Origin: a virus
Taxonomy: Duplodnaviria > Caudoviricetes
Virus record (IMG/VR): IMGVR_UViG_3300025738_000168
Span: 1-35,216 of that record
Reading direction: 5' to 3' (one strand)
DNA: 35,216 bases
The position numbers and the translations under genes were made by a program. Below the pieces are notes generated by a model. That model had not been told where the DNA came from, did not search any database, and saw only the letters and a list, made by a program, of their open reading frames with translations. Below, piece by piece: positions 18,770 to 27,576 of this stretch (positions within the stretch are counted from its first letter, which is position 1; the number at the start of each line of letters is the position of its first letter).

Positions 18770-19225
18770 TTATCCTGCTCCTTGATATGATTTAATTTTA
18801 AAGGTTCCATCTTTTTTTATAATGAAAATAACTAGCCCCTCTTCATATGGATATTCATCTTCACCATCTATATGTACAAATTGACAATTTTTGGATACTT
18901 GATATTCATCTTCTTTTGTTATAAAACTAAGGTTGTTAAAATCACACCCTTTTTCTGTTAAATTATTAATTTGTTGTAATAATTCTTCATTTACTTTATC
19001 GTCTATAAAATAATTATTTAAACTTTTCTTATGAAAAACATCATTTGTAAAATTTTTCATAAACTGTTTTACATCTATTTTATTATTAGAAACCAATTTG
19101 TTTAAATCTTTAGTTTCCTCGATACTTTCAGTTTTATCAAGTTTTTTTTTAACAATTTCTTTTGTATGGTTTTTTTTGCAATTAAGAAAAACTATAGATA
19201 GTAATACAAATAATATTTTTTTCAT
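18770..19225 (-). CDS. Lipoprotein, putative cognate immunity protein of the 1133 aa amidase effector
   Basis: Likely start MKKILFVLLSIVFLNC at 19225, 1 bp after the effector stop (track start 19252 is probably too long); lipobox. Confidence 0.72.
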   Translation of the reverse strand: MKKILFVLLSIVFLNCKKNHTKEIVKKKLDKTESIEETKDLNKLVSNNKIDVKQFMKNFTNDVFHKKSLNNYFIDDKVNEELLQQINNLTEKGCDFNNLSFITKEDEYQVSKNCQFVHIDGEDEYPYEEGLVIFIIKKDGTFKIKSYQGAG

Positions 19226-19226
19226 T

Positions 19227-22200
19227 TTAGTGTGTTGAATTATACGATCCATCTGCTAAGATATCAATTTTAGGTAACTTCTTCTCACGAGATGAAGGAT
19301 TATATTTTTGTGGTTTCATAATAGCATATTCTTTCCCTTTTAAAACGGTTCCTAATTTGATTTTTTGCAAGCCAGGAGTTTTTGATCCTTGATTTCCCCC
19401 TAAATACACATAACGCTTTTCATCTAATGTTTGACCAATTATAAATGCAGCATGCGAATAAGTGAAAACAATAACAGCACCTACAAAGGGATCACTTTCT
19501 TCACCTAAAATCCATCCATCAATTGCTTTGTTTTTTGCTTTACCTAATTTATTTCCTTTAGGAGCCCAATCAAAGGCATAGGTATTTAGCCCTGTATTTG
19601 TTTTCTTGTACCCCTTCGTTTCTTCAAAACACCAATTTATAAACGCTGCACACCAAGCATTTGTATATTTAAGTCCCTTTCCAGCTCCTGAGTTAAAGTA
19701 TTCTGAAACTTTTTCTTTCAAAGGAGATTGGTTTTCTGTAAAATTATTATACAAGTTATACTCTTTTAATGCGTTCTTCATCCATGGAGCAATAAGGTGT
19801 ATTTCGTCATAACCATCAGTTTTTTCATCGTCTGTAAAAACTAGCATAGCATTTTCAATGATAAACTCCTTACTATTGCATTTGTAACCGTCTGGAGTTG
19901 TTACTTCAATATAAAAGTATTTTCCTAAACTATGTTTTTGTTTTAATTTATCATTAAGGTTAAAATCTAGACTAATGGTTCCATCTTTTCCTATTTCTTT
20001 TTCAACTGATAAAATTTCTTCTGTAGCTTTTATTGGAAATTTAATTTCTGAAGTTCTGTTAATAACCACTTTTACTTTAGAACCTATAAAGTTTGATGAC
20101 TCTATTATAGCATTTAAATTAGCGCCATAAGGCACAATATTCTTTTTTGTAATTTTTTTGTTTTCAAAAATAAAATAAGCATCAGTTATTTCCTGAGTGT
20201 CTAAAACTTGCAATCCGTTTTTCGGGAAAGTTCTGTCTTGGTTTTTTAATTCATAGCCATCAGTTCCTTTTACGGTAAAACGTAGTGGTTTAGTAATGCG
20301 TGCTTTGTCTATAGCAGTTAGTGTAAACTTTAAGTCCTTCACCTCACTAAATTCATTGGTTTTTATATTCTCAAATAATTGTATTAATTCCTTTCCACTC
20401 CAAACTTCTATGTACACTGTTTGCTTCACGTAATTATCAAGTTTCGCATATATATAAGCGTCTTCATTATACCCAGTACTTTCTTTTTCACTTCCACCTG
20501 CATTGGTAAAATAGGCTTCGGTAACGGTTGGGTGCACAATGGTAACTTTAGCTGGTGCATCTTTACCATAGATAGAGTTTGGCATGTATGCACTAATGGT
20601 ATAGGTGCCTTCCTTAGCTTTTTCTAATTCTACAGGAGTAAATTTAACTCCTTTGTAGTCTTTTTTAATAGCTGTTTCTTTATTATAAGCCGTCTTCCAA
20701 CTTACCGATTTTTTATCATCATCCGTAGCCTTAAATTTAAAGCCAGTAGCTTTAAGGGTTAAGTTTTGGTTAGGCTTATTAAATAGCAATACAGAAGGAT
20801 TGGCTTGTATAGTAGTTACAAAGTTTCCTGCAACTAAAAATGGTACTGTTTCAACATTTTTGCTTCCTGAAGCACTCGCAACAATTTTATAAAACCCTTC
20901 TTTGTCAAATTGATGTACTATCTTGGTTTTTGCATCAAAACTAGTGAGGTCACAACTTTCATACTTCCCTTTTTTGGTAGTACCATAATGTAACTGCCAT
21001 CTAATATCTTTAATATCAGTTTCAGTTCCATTAATATTTGCTACTATTTCAAAGTCATGTTTTTTAGTGTTAAATTGTATTGATGGATCTTTAAAAGGTG
21101 TTTTTATACTCGCTATTTTCGGAGTGGTAATTTCAAATGCTACATAGGATTTTCTATTTCCTTTGTAAGTAATAACACATGTTTCTTCAACTTCTTTTTT
21201 GGATTCAACCAGTTTTTCGCTCATAGAAGTGACTCCTGCTTTATACAAATCATTAGAAGCACTTTTCATACTACCACCGTATGCTTCAACAAAATACTTC
21301 CCTGGTATTGTAAATTCTTTAAGTAGTACAGTCCCTTTATCTATGTGTGTTTCAAAAATCTCCCAATTTTTAGCCCCTTCTTTTAGTATGGATATTGCCC
21401 AGTTAATTTTATCAGATGATTTTAATTTGTTAACATATAAATCTATCGCCTCAAAACGCATTGACGTATTTGGTGTAAAGGCTTTTCCTTTTTGGTTTAC
21501 AGAAATCCTTCTTACTCCTTGTCCAACAGTATCTTCAGGGTTTTTTATTTTTTTATAAATGTCTTTAGTTCCTATTTTATAATCATATACTTTCTTTCCT
21601 GTTGCAGCATAAACGTCCAATTTTTTCCATATTTGGGTAGATACTACATAAAGCTCAGGCACTTCCAAAGCCAAGTCTAATACAGAAAATAAATCGTCGT
21701 ACTCATTAAATAAGGTGTAAAACTCTTCATCGTTTGTAGCACTATCAAGTTTAGATTGAATTAATTTCCAATGCCCTTGTACTTTCTTGTCCTTTATTTC
21801 AGGCAAAACATCATTAGTGATTTTTTTGGACATAGTCCCTTTAAGGTTTTTCCAGTTGTAAATTTCTTTTGACTGTAAATGTATTTTTTTAACCTTTTCA
21901 AACATTTCCGTTGTCCCTTGCATTAAACGTTCAACGCCTACATTGCCTCCTATTATATTCTTAAATGCGTCAAAAAGCACTTTGTGTTTTTTCAAACTCT
22001 CATCTAAAGGCAAAGTTTTTAAATCATGTAGAATTTCTTTTCTACTAACACCTTCAGGTAGTTCGAATACATGATCAATAATACCTTTAATTGCTTTAAT
22101 TGCTGTGGCACGATCTAACTGCTCAATTTCAGTAGTTTTTGTGCCTGTGCTTGATGATGGAACACCTGAACCTCCAGAATCCGAAGAAGTAGTGCTTGCT

Positions 22201-22628
22201 GTAGTAATGCCTTTAGCAGCGCCTCCTTCGGCTGAGGTAGTAGTGTTTGTAGTTCCTCCAGAAACCGAAGAAGTAGTACTAGTGGTAGCTTCAGAAGCTG
22301 TATTTGCTCCTGTTGAGGTGCCTCCACCAGCGCCTCCTCCGGCTGAAGTTGTTCCTGGTGTACCTGCTGTAGCCGAAGAAGTAGTGTTTCCAGATGTGGT
22401 AGCGCTTGTAGCCGTCGCTCCTGTAGTACCTGTAACGCCTCCTTCGGTAGCGGTAGTTTGTGTAGTACTGCTAATTGCATCAGCAGTAGAATTATCTTGG
22501 GTTGGATTTAGTTTTTTTGAAGCTAAAGCCAATTGTTTTATGACATTGTTTGCCAACTTATCAGGAGTAGCATCCGTTGAAGTTGATTTAATAACAATGT
22601 TTATATCATGTATAGTTTCGTTGCTCAT
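19227..22628 (-). CDS. Large effector with C-terminal TIGR02594-type peptidoglycan amidase domain
   Basis: C-terminal APWM..AWCAAFINWC..SHAAF..LGGNQ; central Ig-like repeats (GKYFVEAY, GFYKIVAS, GTYTISAY; VTEAYF, ITDAYF); Thr/Ser/Gly linker; no signal peptide. Confidence 0.8.
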   Translation of the reverse strand: MSNETIHDINIVIKSTSTDATPDKLANNVIKQLALASKKLNPTQDNSTADAISSTTQTTATEGGVTGTTGATATSATTSGNTTSSATAGTPGTTSAGGGAGGGTSTGANTASEATTSTTSSVSGGTTNTTTSAEGGAAKGITTASTTSSDSGGSGVPSSSTGTKTTEIEQLDRATAIKAIKGIIDHVFELPEGVSRKEILHDLKTLPLDESLKKHKVLFDAFKNIIGGNVGVERLMQGTTEMFEKVKKIHLQSKEIYNWKNLKGTMSKKITNDVLPEIKDKKVQGHWKLIQSKLDSATNDEEFYTLFNEYDDLFSVLDLALEVPELYVVSTQIWKKLDVYAATGKKVYDYKIGTKDIYKKIKNPEDTVGQGVRRISVNQKGKAFTPNTSMRFEAIDLYVNKLKSSDKINWAISILKEGAKNWEIFETHIDKGTVLLKEFTIPGKYFVEAYGGSMKSASNDLYKAGVTSMSEKLVESKKEVEETCVITYKGNRKSYVAFEITTPKIASIKTPFKDPSIQFNTKKHDFEIVANINGTETDIKDIRWQLHYGTTKKGKYESCDLTSFDAKTKIVHQFDKEGFYKIVASASGSKNVETVPFLVAGNFVTTIQANPSVLLFNKPNQNLTLKATGFKFKATDDDKKSVSWKTAYNKETAIKKDYKGVKFTPVELEKAKEGTYTISAYMPNSIYGKDAPAKVTIVHPTVTEAYFTNAGGSEKESTGYNEDAYIYAKLDNYVKQTVYIEVWSGKELIQLFENIKTNEFSEVKDLKFTLTAIDKARITKPLRFTVKGTDGYELKNQDRTFPKNGLQVLDTQEITDAYFIFENKKITKKNIVPYGANLNAIIESSNFIGSKVKVVINRTSEIKFPIKATEEILSVEKEIGKDGTISLDFNLNDKLKQKHSLGKYFYIEVTTPDGYKCNSKEFIIENAMLVFTDDEKTDGYDEIHLIAPWMKNALKEYNLYNNFTENQSPLKEKVSEYFNSGAGKGLKYTNAWCAAFINWCFEETKGYKKTNTGLNTYAFDWAPKGNKLGKAKNKAIDGWILGEESDPFVGAVIVFTYSHAAFIIGQTLDEKRYVYLGGNQGSKTPGLQKIKLGTVLKGKEYAIMKPQKYNPSSREKKLPKIDILADGSYNSTH

Positions 22629-22649
22629 GCTGTCGTGTTTTAAAGGGTG

Positions 22650-22715
22650 TAAAAGTAGTTCCAGACAATGGTAATTTAAAATTTTAAACCCCTACAATTC
22701 AGTAGTTTCAGCAAG
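22650..22715 (-). promoter_or_regulatory. Locus box CTTGCTGAAACTACTGA (22699-22715) plus -7 element TACTTTTA (22650-22657)
   Basis: 41 nt spacer; left arm of a divergent pair. Confidence 0.8.
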
Positions 22716-22723
22716 TCAAACTA

Positions 22724-22789
22724 CTTACTGAAACTACTGAAAACGCCCGTCATAATTTTATTTTTTTCTATTCTTCTTAGCTACTTTTA
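22724..22789 (+). promoter_or_regulatory. Locus box CTTACTGAAACTACTGA (22724-22740) plus -7 element TACTTTTA (22782-22789)
   Basis: 41 nt spacer; right arm of the divergent pair, upstream of the hub/spike operon. Confidence 0.82.
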
Positions 22790-22965
22790 CACCCTAATAC
22801 AACCACAAATTGTATTACAGCGTAATTAATAATAGTGATTACACTAGGCGTATCCGCCAATTTCAACACAAATACAACTTATCATTTTTAAACGCATTTA
22901 CCCTTACTAAATCATATGGGAATTGTAAAACAAATATGTACTAACACTAAAAAACAATTATATAT

Positions 22966-23163
22966 ATGAGCAAGAAAAAAGATATAGGAGAAACACCACC
23001 TATGCCAGATGCAGATGCTTTAAAAGCAACCAAAAAACAAGCAGCTAATGGAAATATTATAGTAGGAAAACTTAATGTTATCTATGGTGATACAGTAGCT
23101 AAAGGCGAGGATGTTGCTGCAGTAGTTAAAAAAGAACAATCCGACTCAGGCCACTCATCATAA
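22966..23163 (+). CDS. Small hypothetical protein (65 aa)
   Basis: First ORF after the promoter, A-rich translation start region, 17 bp before the next gene. Confidence 0.55.
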   Translation: MSKKKDIGETPPMPDADALKATKKQAANGNIIVGKLNVIYGDTVAKGEDVAAVVKKEQSDSGHSS

Positions 23164-23180
23164 CCCTTATTTAAAACATT

Positions 23181-23651
23181 ATGAAAAAAACAATAGACCT
23201 ACAAAAACTAAAAAAGAAACACGGATCGGTGCTAAAGTTTACCTCTGATGATGGAAGCATTACTACCTATTGCAAACAACCTAGTTTTGAGACTTATATC
23301 AGCTACCAGAAAAAATATGACGACGATGCTTATGCAGCTGTTCTGTTTTTATTTAAGGCTTGTGTGCTGACTAAAGAAACCTATGAGGACACTTTTATGT
23401 TGGCCGCAGGTAATGCTTTAGTTGCTGCTATAAATAAAGCAAAAGAATTTAGCATTGATGCCACCCCTAATACCGATGAATTTAAAAAATCAGCAGCAAT
23501 AATTAGGCATGCATTTCATGTAGATCCGTATTCCTTAGCAATAGATACATTTTATAAATTATTAGAAGAAGCCTTGTGGTTACAAAAACACCACAGCAAA
23601 AGATTAGAGAGCGTTTACTTAAACGCATTTAGCAAAACATTATCCAATTAA
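23181..23651 (+). CDS. Tail assembly chaperone paralog with C-terminal extension (gpGT-like)
   Basis: N-half aligns with 31014..31358 (KKKH/KYKH, YCKQPS/YFKKPS, LFKACVL/LFKNCYL); extra domain AIIRHAFHVDPYSL..LEEALWL. Confidence 0.62.
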   Translation: MKKTIDLQKLKKKHGSVLKFTSDDGSITTYCKQPSFETYISYQKKYDDDAYAAVLFLFKACVLTKETYEDTFMLAAGNALVAAINKAKEFSIDATPNTDEFKKSAAIIRHAFHVDPYSLAIDTFYKLLEEALWLQKHHSKRLESVYLNAFSKTLSN

Positions 23652-23663
23652 ACATACATAATT

Positions 23664-24224
23664 ATGGCATTTAACATTAACGCAAACGATATTTTAGGGG
23701 CAGGAAGTTCCCTTACCGGAGCTGCTACTGATTTTAGTCAGTTAGCTACACAAGATTTTATTGTAGATCAAGCAGGTGGAGGCGATTTTAACCTTCCTGT
23801 ATTTGCTCCATTAATTTTTGAACCTTTAATAAAAAACGGATTAAACCTCCCTCTGTTGCGTATTGACGCAGTTACCATATCCTTAAACCGATCAAAAAAC
23901 ATTGTAAAGGAAAGTGTGGAAGGAAAGGATATTTCAATTAAAGAACATATCTCTAATGGTGATTTTAGTATTTCTATTGACGGTATGATTGCTGGTGAAG
24001 GAGCTGAATATCCAAAATCAAAACTATTTCTATTAAAACAATTTTTAAACGCACCATACTCCTTAAAAGTAACGCATGCAATTTTAAACCGTTTTGGAAT
24101 TTATGAATTGGTTATTGATTCCTACTCCATCCCATCAATTGATGGAGTAAAAAATATTCAGAAATTTTCAGCTAGTGCTACCTCTGATGAAACTGTTGAA
24201 CTAATAATTAAAAACAATGCTTAA
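23664..24224 (+). CDS. DUF6046-like tail tube initiator (P2 gpU-like) protein
   Basis: ISLNRSKNIVKE.V.G...SIKEHISNGDFSISIDG, LNRFGIYELVI and ATSDE motifs; upstream of the hub. Confidence 0.72.
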   Translation: MAFNINANDILGAGSSLTGAATDFSQLATQDFIVDQAGGGDFNLPVFAPLIFEPLIKNGLNLPLLRIDAVTISLNRSKNIVKESVEGKDISIKEHISNGDFSISIDGMIAGEGAEYPKSKLFLLKQFLNAPYSLKVTHAILNRFGIYELVIDSYSIPSIDGVKNIQKFSASATSDETVELIIKNNA

Positions 24225-25527
24225 TCTAAATGCTAAAATAATAGTTTACGAAACCGATAAACTGAAGCCTACCGATACAAAGTATGAGTTTAGGCATGTA
24301 AAAAACGTAGAAATAAATTCGTCCTATAAAACCCTTACGGATACGGCAACTATTACCATGCCTAAAAAAGTATTCACCAATTTTGAGGGCTACAACTTTG
24401 GTCAGTTTGCTAAAAAACCAGAAGACAGTAAGGAAAAAACGATACATGATTTCTTTAAGCTAGAAAGTTTTGTAGAAATTTTCTTAGGCTATAATGGCGA
24501 TTATAAACCTGCCTTTACAGGATACATTACTTCTGTAAAAGGAGACTCTCCTGTGACTATAGAATGTCAGGACGCTATGTACGCCTGTAAAAAGATGAAA
24601 GCCGTAGAAGATAATGATCTTAATGACTCCGAAGATGAATGTAATATTATTTCACAAAATCCTACAACAACTGTTGAAAAGTTTAACCCTAAAACCTACT
24701 TTGAAAAGCGTTTAAAGGATTTAGGATTTCCATTTAAAATAGATGCACTTGATGAGGAACTAGGTGACATACTTGTTAAAAGAAATCAAAGTGTATGTCA
24801 GGTTTTTGAAGGCTTAAAAGAAAAGGGCATCCAAACTTACTTTAAAACAGAAAAAGACGGACCTATACTTACTATAACCAATAATCCGCAGCAATATGAT
24901 GCTGAGGAGTTAAGTGAATTTACCGACAGGAATTTTATTGAAACAGCGCAATCAAACCCGATAGTAAAAAAATTAATTGGTAAAGGATTTGCTGCTTTAA
25001 AAAACCAACTAAATGATATTGCTAGTGCTTTTACAAGTGACTTATTTTTAGGGAAAGCGCGCTTTAAATTTCATCATAACATTATTTCTGATGATTTAAA
25101 AGTAGTTGAAGAAGCTGTAAAAAACACTCGCTTTAGAGTAGAAAAATTTTTTGGGAATTCAAACACTTCAATTAATACTGAAGTTGGCGATCGTAACGGG
25201 CAATTAGTAAGCACACAACAATTACATGATAGTAATGAAATGTTACCTAATGACAAAGAGGCTTTTAAAAATAAGGTAGCAGAAATAACTTCGGAATTAA
25301 CACAATATGCTAGCAAACGTGCTATTGAAAATAGGCCTAATGGTTTAGAAGGTTCGTTTACCACTTTTGGTGAACCATTTGTACGTCCTACTGATAAAGT
25401 AGTTTTAGAAAATGCTGAGGACAAAGAAAAAAACGGAACTTTTCAAGTTACAAAAGTCATTCGTACTTACGGAGACGGCGGTTACCGACAAAAAATACAT
25501 TTAGGTAGAATAGTTAAAGAAAAATAA
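24217..25527 (+). CDS. Baseplate hub protein (Mu gp44 / P2 gpD-like)
   Basis: VEINSSYKTLTDTATITMP, LGY..FTGYI, IECQDAMY, GLEGSFTTFGEP and GGYRQKIHLG motifs. Confidence 0.8.
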   Translation: MLNLNAKIIVYETDKLKPTDTKYEFRHVKNVEINSSYKTLTDTATITMPKKVFTNFEGYNFGQFAKKPEDSKEKTIHDFFKLESFVEIFLGYNGDYKPAFTGYITSVKGDSPVTIECQDAMYACKKMKAVEDNDLNDSEDECNIISQNPTTTVEKFNPKTYFEKRLKDLGFPFKIDALDEELGDILVKRNQSVCQVFEGLKEKGIQTYFKTEKDGPILTITNNPQQYDAEELSEFTDRNFIETAQSNPIVKKLIGKGFAALKNQLNDIASAFTSDLFLGKARFKFHHNIISDDLKVVEEAVKNTRFRVEKFFGNSNTSINTEVGDRNGQLVSTQQLHDSNEMLPNDKEAFKNKVAEITSELTQYASKRAIENRPNGLEGSFTTFGEPFVRPTDKVVLENAEDKEKNGTFQVTKVIRTYGDGGYRQKIHLGRIVKEK

Positions 25528-25528
25528 C

Positions 25529-26605
25529 ATGGGAAATATAACAAGCTTAATAAAAGACATTGCCAGTAAGGACTTGGTTGTTCAAACCTGTGCGGCAAAA
25601 GTAATTAAGGTAAATACTGAAGAAAATTCATTGCATAGCCCAAAAGATGCATACACGGTAAACGTGATGCGTGCAGATGGCGCTATATTGAAAAACGTAC
25701 GCTTAAAAGCATCCATACAGGATAAAGAAGAAGGAATTATTGCAGTTCCTAAAGAGAAATCTTGGGTACTTGTTTCTGTAATTGACGGAATAGAAACTAG
25801 GGCTTTTGTAAGCCAATGTTCGGAAGTAGAACGTACTTTCGTGCGCCTTAAAAATGATGACAAACAGTTTTTAGAAATTGATACTACTGCAGATAAATTA
25901 GCAGTCACCTTTAAGGCTACTGCGGATGGTGAAAGTGAGACTCCGGAATACAACGCTATTGCTACAATAGAAATGAATAGTTTGGGATCGGACACTACAG
26001 CAGAAACCGCTAAACCAAACATCATTACTAGCTTTTATGATGGTGATGGTAAGGAAGTGTCTAAAAACACCTTTACAGGCACTACACAGGAAACAGTATT
26101 AAATACAGTAAGCGGTGACGATATTAAAGAACGTGTAAAACTAACACTGAACTCTGAAGAAACTACCTCAGCTGAATTAGTTTTTACAGATGCTGATGGC
26201 GCAGAAAAGCAAAAATTGACGTTTGATGAAACGCATACTGAAATTAGTTTAAATGCGGGAAATACTGTTTTTAATTTACAAGATGAGGAGTCAAAATTAA
26301 CTATAACTGATGGTTATGAAGCGATAATTTCAAAAGACTTAGTTCATTTTAATAAAACAGGGGCATATGAAGCCACTATCACCACGGATAAAGTCAATTT
26401 TAATAAAGGTGGGATAACTTTTGAAATGTTTGAGGATAAATTTCTTATCAAAAATGATGATGCTAATTTATTATCTGAACTAGAAAAATTAATTGATCAA
26501 ATAAAATTAATAACAGTTACAACTCCAGTAGGACCTTCAGGAGTACCAATTAATGCAAGTATGTTTGATCCGATAAAAGATCAATTAGGACTATTACTAA
26601 AATAA
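25529..26605 (+). CDS. Baseplate central spike (P2 gpV / Mu gp45-like), extended
   Basis: N-terminal OB-fold-like VRLKA..PKEKSWVLV, long beta-strand repeat region, C-terminal TPVGPSGVPIN. Confidence 0.72.
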   Translation: MGNITSLIKDIASKDLVVQTCAAKVIKVNTEENSLHSPKDAYTVNVMRADGAILKNVRLKASIQDKEEGIIAVPKEKSWVLVSVIDGIETRAFVSQCSEVERTFVRLKNDDKQFLEIDTTADKLAVTFKATADGESETPEYNAIATIEMNSLGSDTTAETAKPNIITSFYDGDGKEVSKNTFTGTTQETVLNTVSGDDIKERVKLTLNSEETTSAELVFTDADGAEKQKLTFDETHTEISLNAGNTVFNLQDEESKLTITDGYEAIISKDLVHFNKTGAYEATITTDKVNFNKGGITFEMFEDKFLIKNDDANLLSELEKLIDQIKLITVTTPVGPSGVPINASMFDPIKDQLGLLLK

Positions 26606-26618
26606 AAAACATAAAATT

Positions 26619-26840
26619 ATGGGATTAAGCGCAAGTACATTAAAAACTCTAATAGCAGCCGCATTTGATGAAAATCAAGAAACAGAAAGCAGTGACGCCG
26701 CTATTGATAGGTTATCAACAGCATTAGCTGATGCAATTGTAACTCACATTCAGGATAATTTAGAAGTTACAGTACAAGGAACAGGAAACATGGGAGCACC
26801 TGTTATTTCTAAAAGCAAACCACTTGGTTCAATTTCTTAA
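26619..26840 (+). CDS. Small spike-associated protein (possible tip protein)
   Basis: 73 aa, LSTALADAIVTHI helix then a Gly-rich strand; immediately after the spike gene. Confidence 0.55.
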   Translation: MGLSASTLKTLIAAAFDENQETESSDAAIDRLSTALADAIVTHIQDNLEVTVQGTGNMGAPVISKSKPLGSIS

Positions 26841-26852
26841 CTATCATAACAG

Positions 26853-26892
26853 TTAAAAAAGTCTTAATCATATATGATTAAGACTTTTTTAA
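26853..26892 (+). terminator. Perfect 40 bp palindrome, terminator of the hub/spike operon
   Basis: TTAAAAAAGTCTTAATCATA|TATGATTAAGACTTTTTTAA. Confidence 0.75.
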
Positions 26893-27123
26893 TATAATTT
26901 TCAAAAAATAAATAGAAAATATAATAATCTGACAAAAAATTACGTTAAAAACAAGGGATAATATTTTTAGCAACAATATTAACTAGTGAAACAGGGGATT
27001 TTACGCAATCAAATAACAGCCACGCTAATTTTAACTTTTTTAACAGGTAATATTAAGTACTTTTAGTAACTACTTAATATATAACCTCAATATAATATAT
27101 TAAGCACCAAACTAACTTAACTT

Positions 27124-27516
27124 ATGAAAGACCCAAAACTAACTAAAGAACCTACTGACTCATTAAAGCGATTTTTAACTATTAAGAAAAATGGAAACGC
27201 TATTGATTTAAGCGAATCATACAAAATGTACACTAATCAACTTACTAAGCTAGTATTTGAATCAGAAATTTATAAAGTAACTTTTAAAACCCTTAAAAAA
27301 AGCTACAACTTATTTTTAAGCGCCAATGAATTAATTTGTAACGATTGTATTGGCTACCTTAAAGAAAACCTGGGAGTAGAAATTTTTGGAGACGGATCCT
27401 TTTTTGAGGTAATCAGTTACACGCATGATTTTAAAATGATATTCGATACTGAAAATAGTACTTTTATTGATACCGATACCGTTCAAAATGGTGTAGTGTA
27501 CTTTTATAAAGAATAA
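27124..27516 (+). CDS. Hypothetical protein, paralog of 3913..4311
   Basis: Collinear similarity over the whole length with the 132 aa ORF. Confidence 0.8.
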   Translation: MKDPKLTKEPTDSLKRFLTIKKNGNAIDLSESYKMYTNQLTKLVFESEIYKVTFKTLKKSYNLFLSANELICNDCIGYLKENLGVEIFGDGSFFEVISYTHDFKMIFDTENSTFIDTDTVQNGVVYFYKE

Positions 27517-27538
27517 CTACTGCTTCATACAACATAAA

Positions 27539-27576
27539 AAAGAGGTCGATTAAAAATATTTTTAGTCGACCTCTTT
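27539..27576 (+). terminator. Intrinsic terminator
   Basis: AAAGAGGTCGA...TCGACCTCTTT stem right after 27516. Confidence 0.7.

Noticed and set aside
22105-22674. 189 aa + strand ORF and 121 aa alternative-frame ORF (22115..22480)
   Set aside because: Shadows of the low-complexity Thr/Ser/Gly linker of the 1133 aa effector.
22699-22740. Inverted repeat as an invertase site or terminator
   Set aside because: The arms are 8 bp apart rather than flanking the inverted module, no recombinase is in the window, and each arm has its own correctly spaced promoter element.
26983-27080. Half box CTAGTGAAAC and a 10 bp inverted repeat ATATTAAGTA/TACTTAATAT upstream of 27124
   Set aside because: Second half-site missing and spacing to a -7 element does not fit; the AT-rich repeat may be chance.
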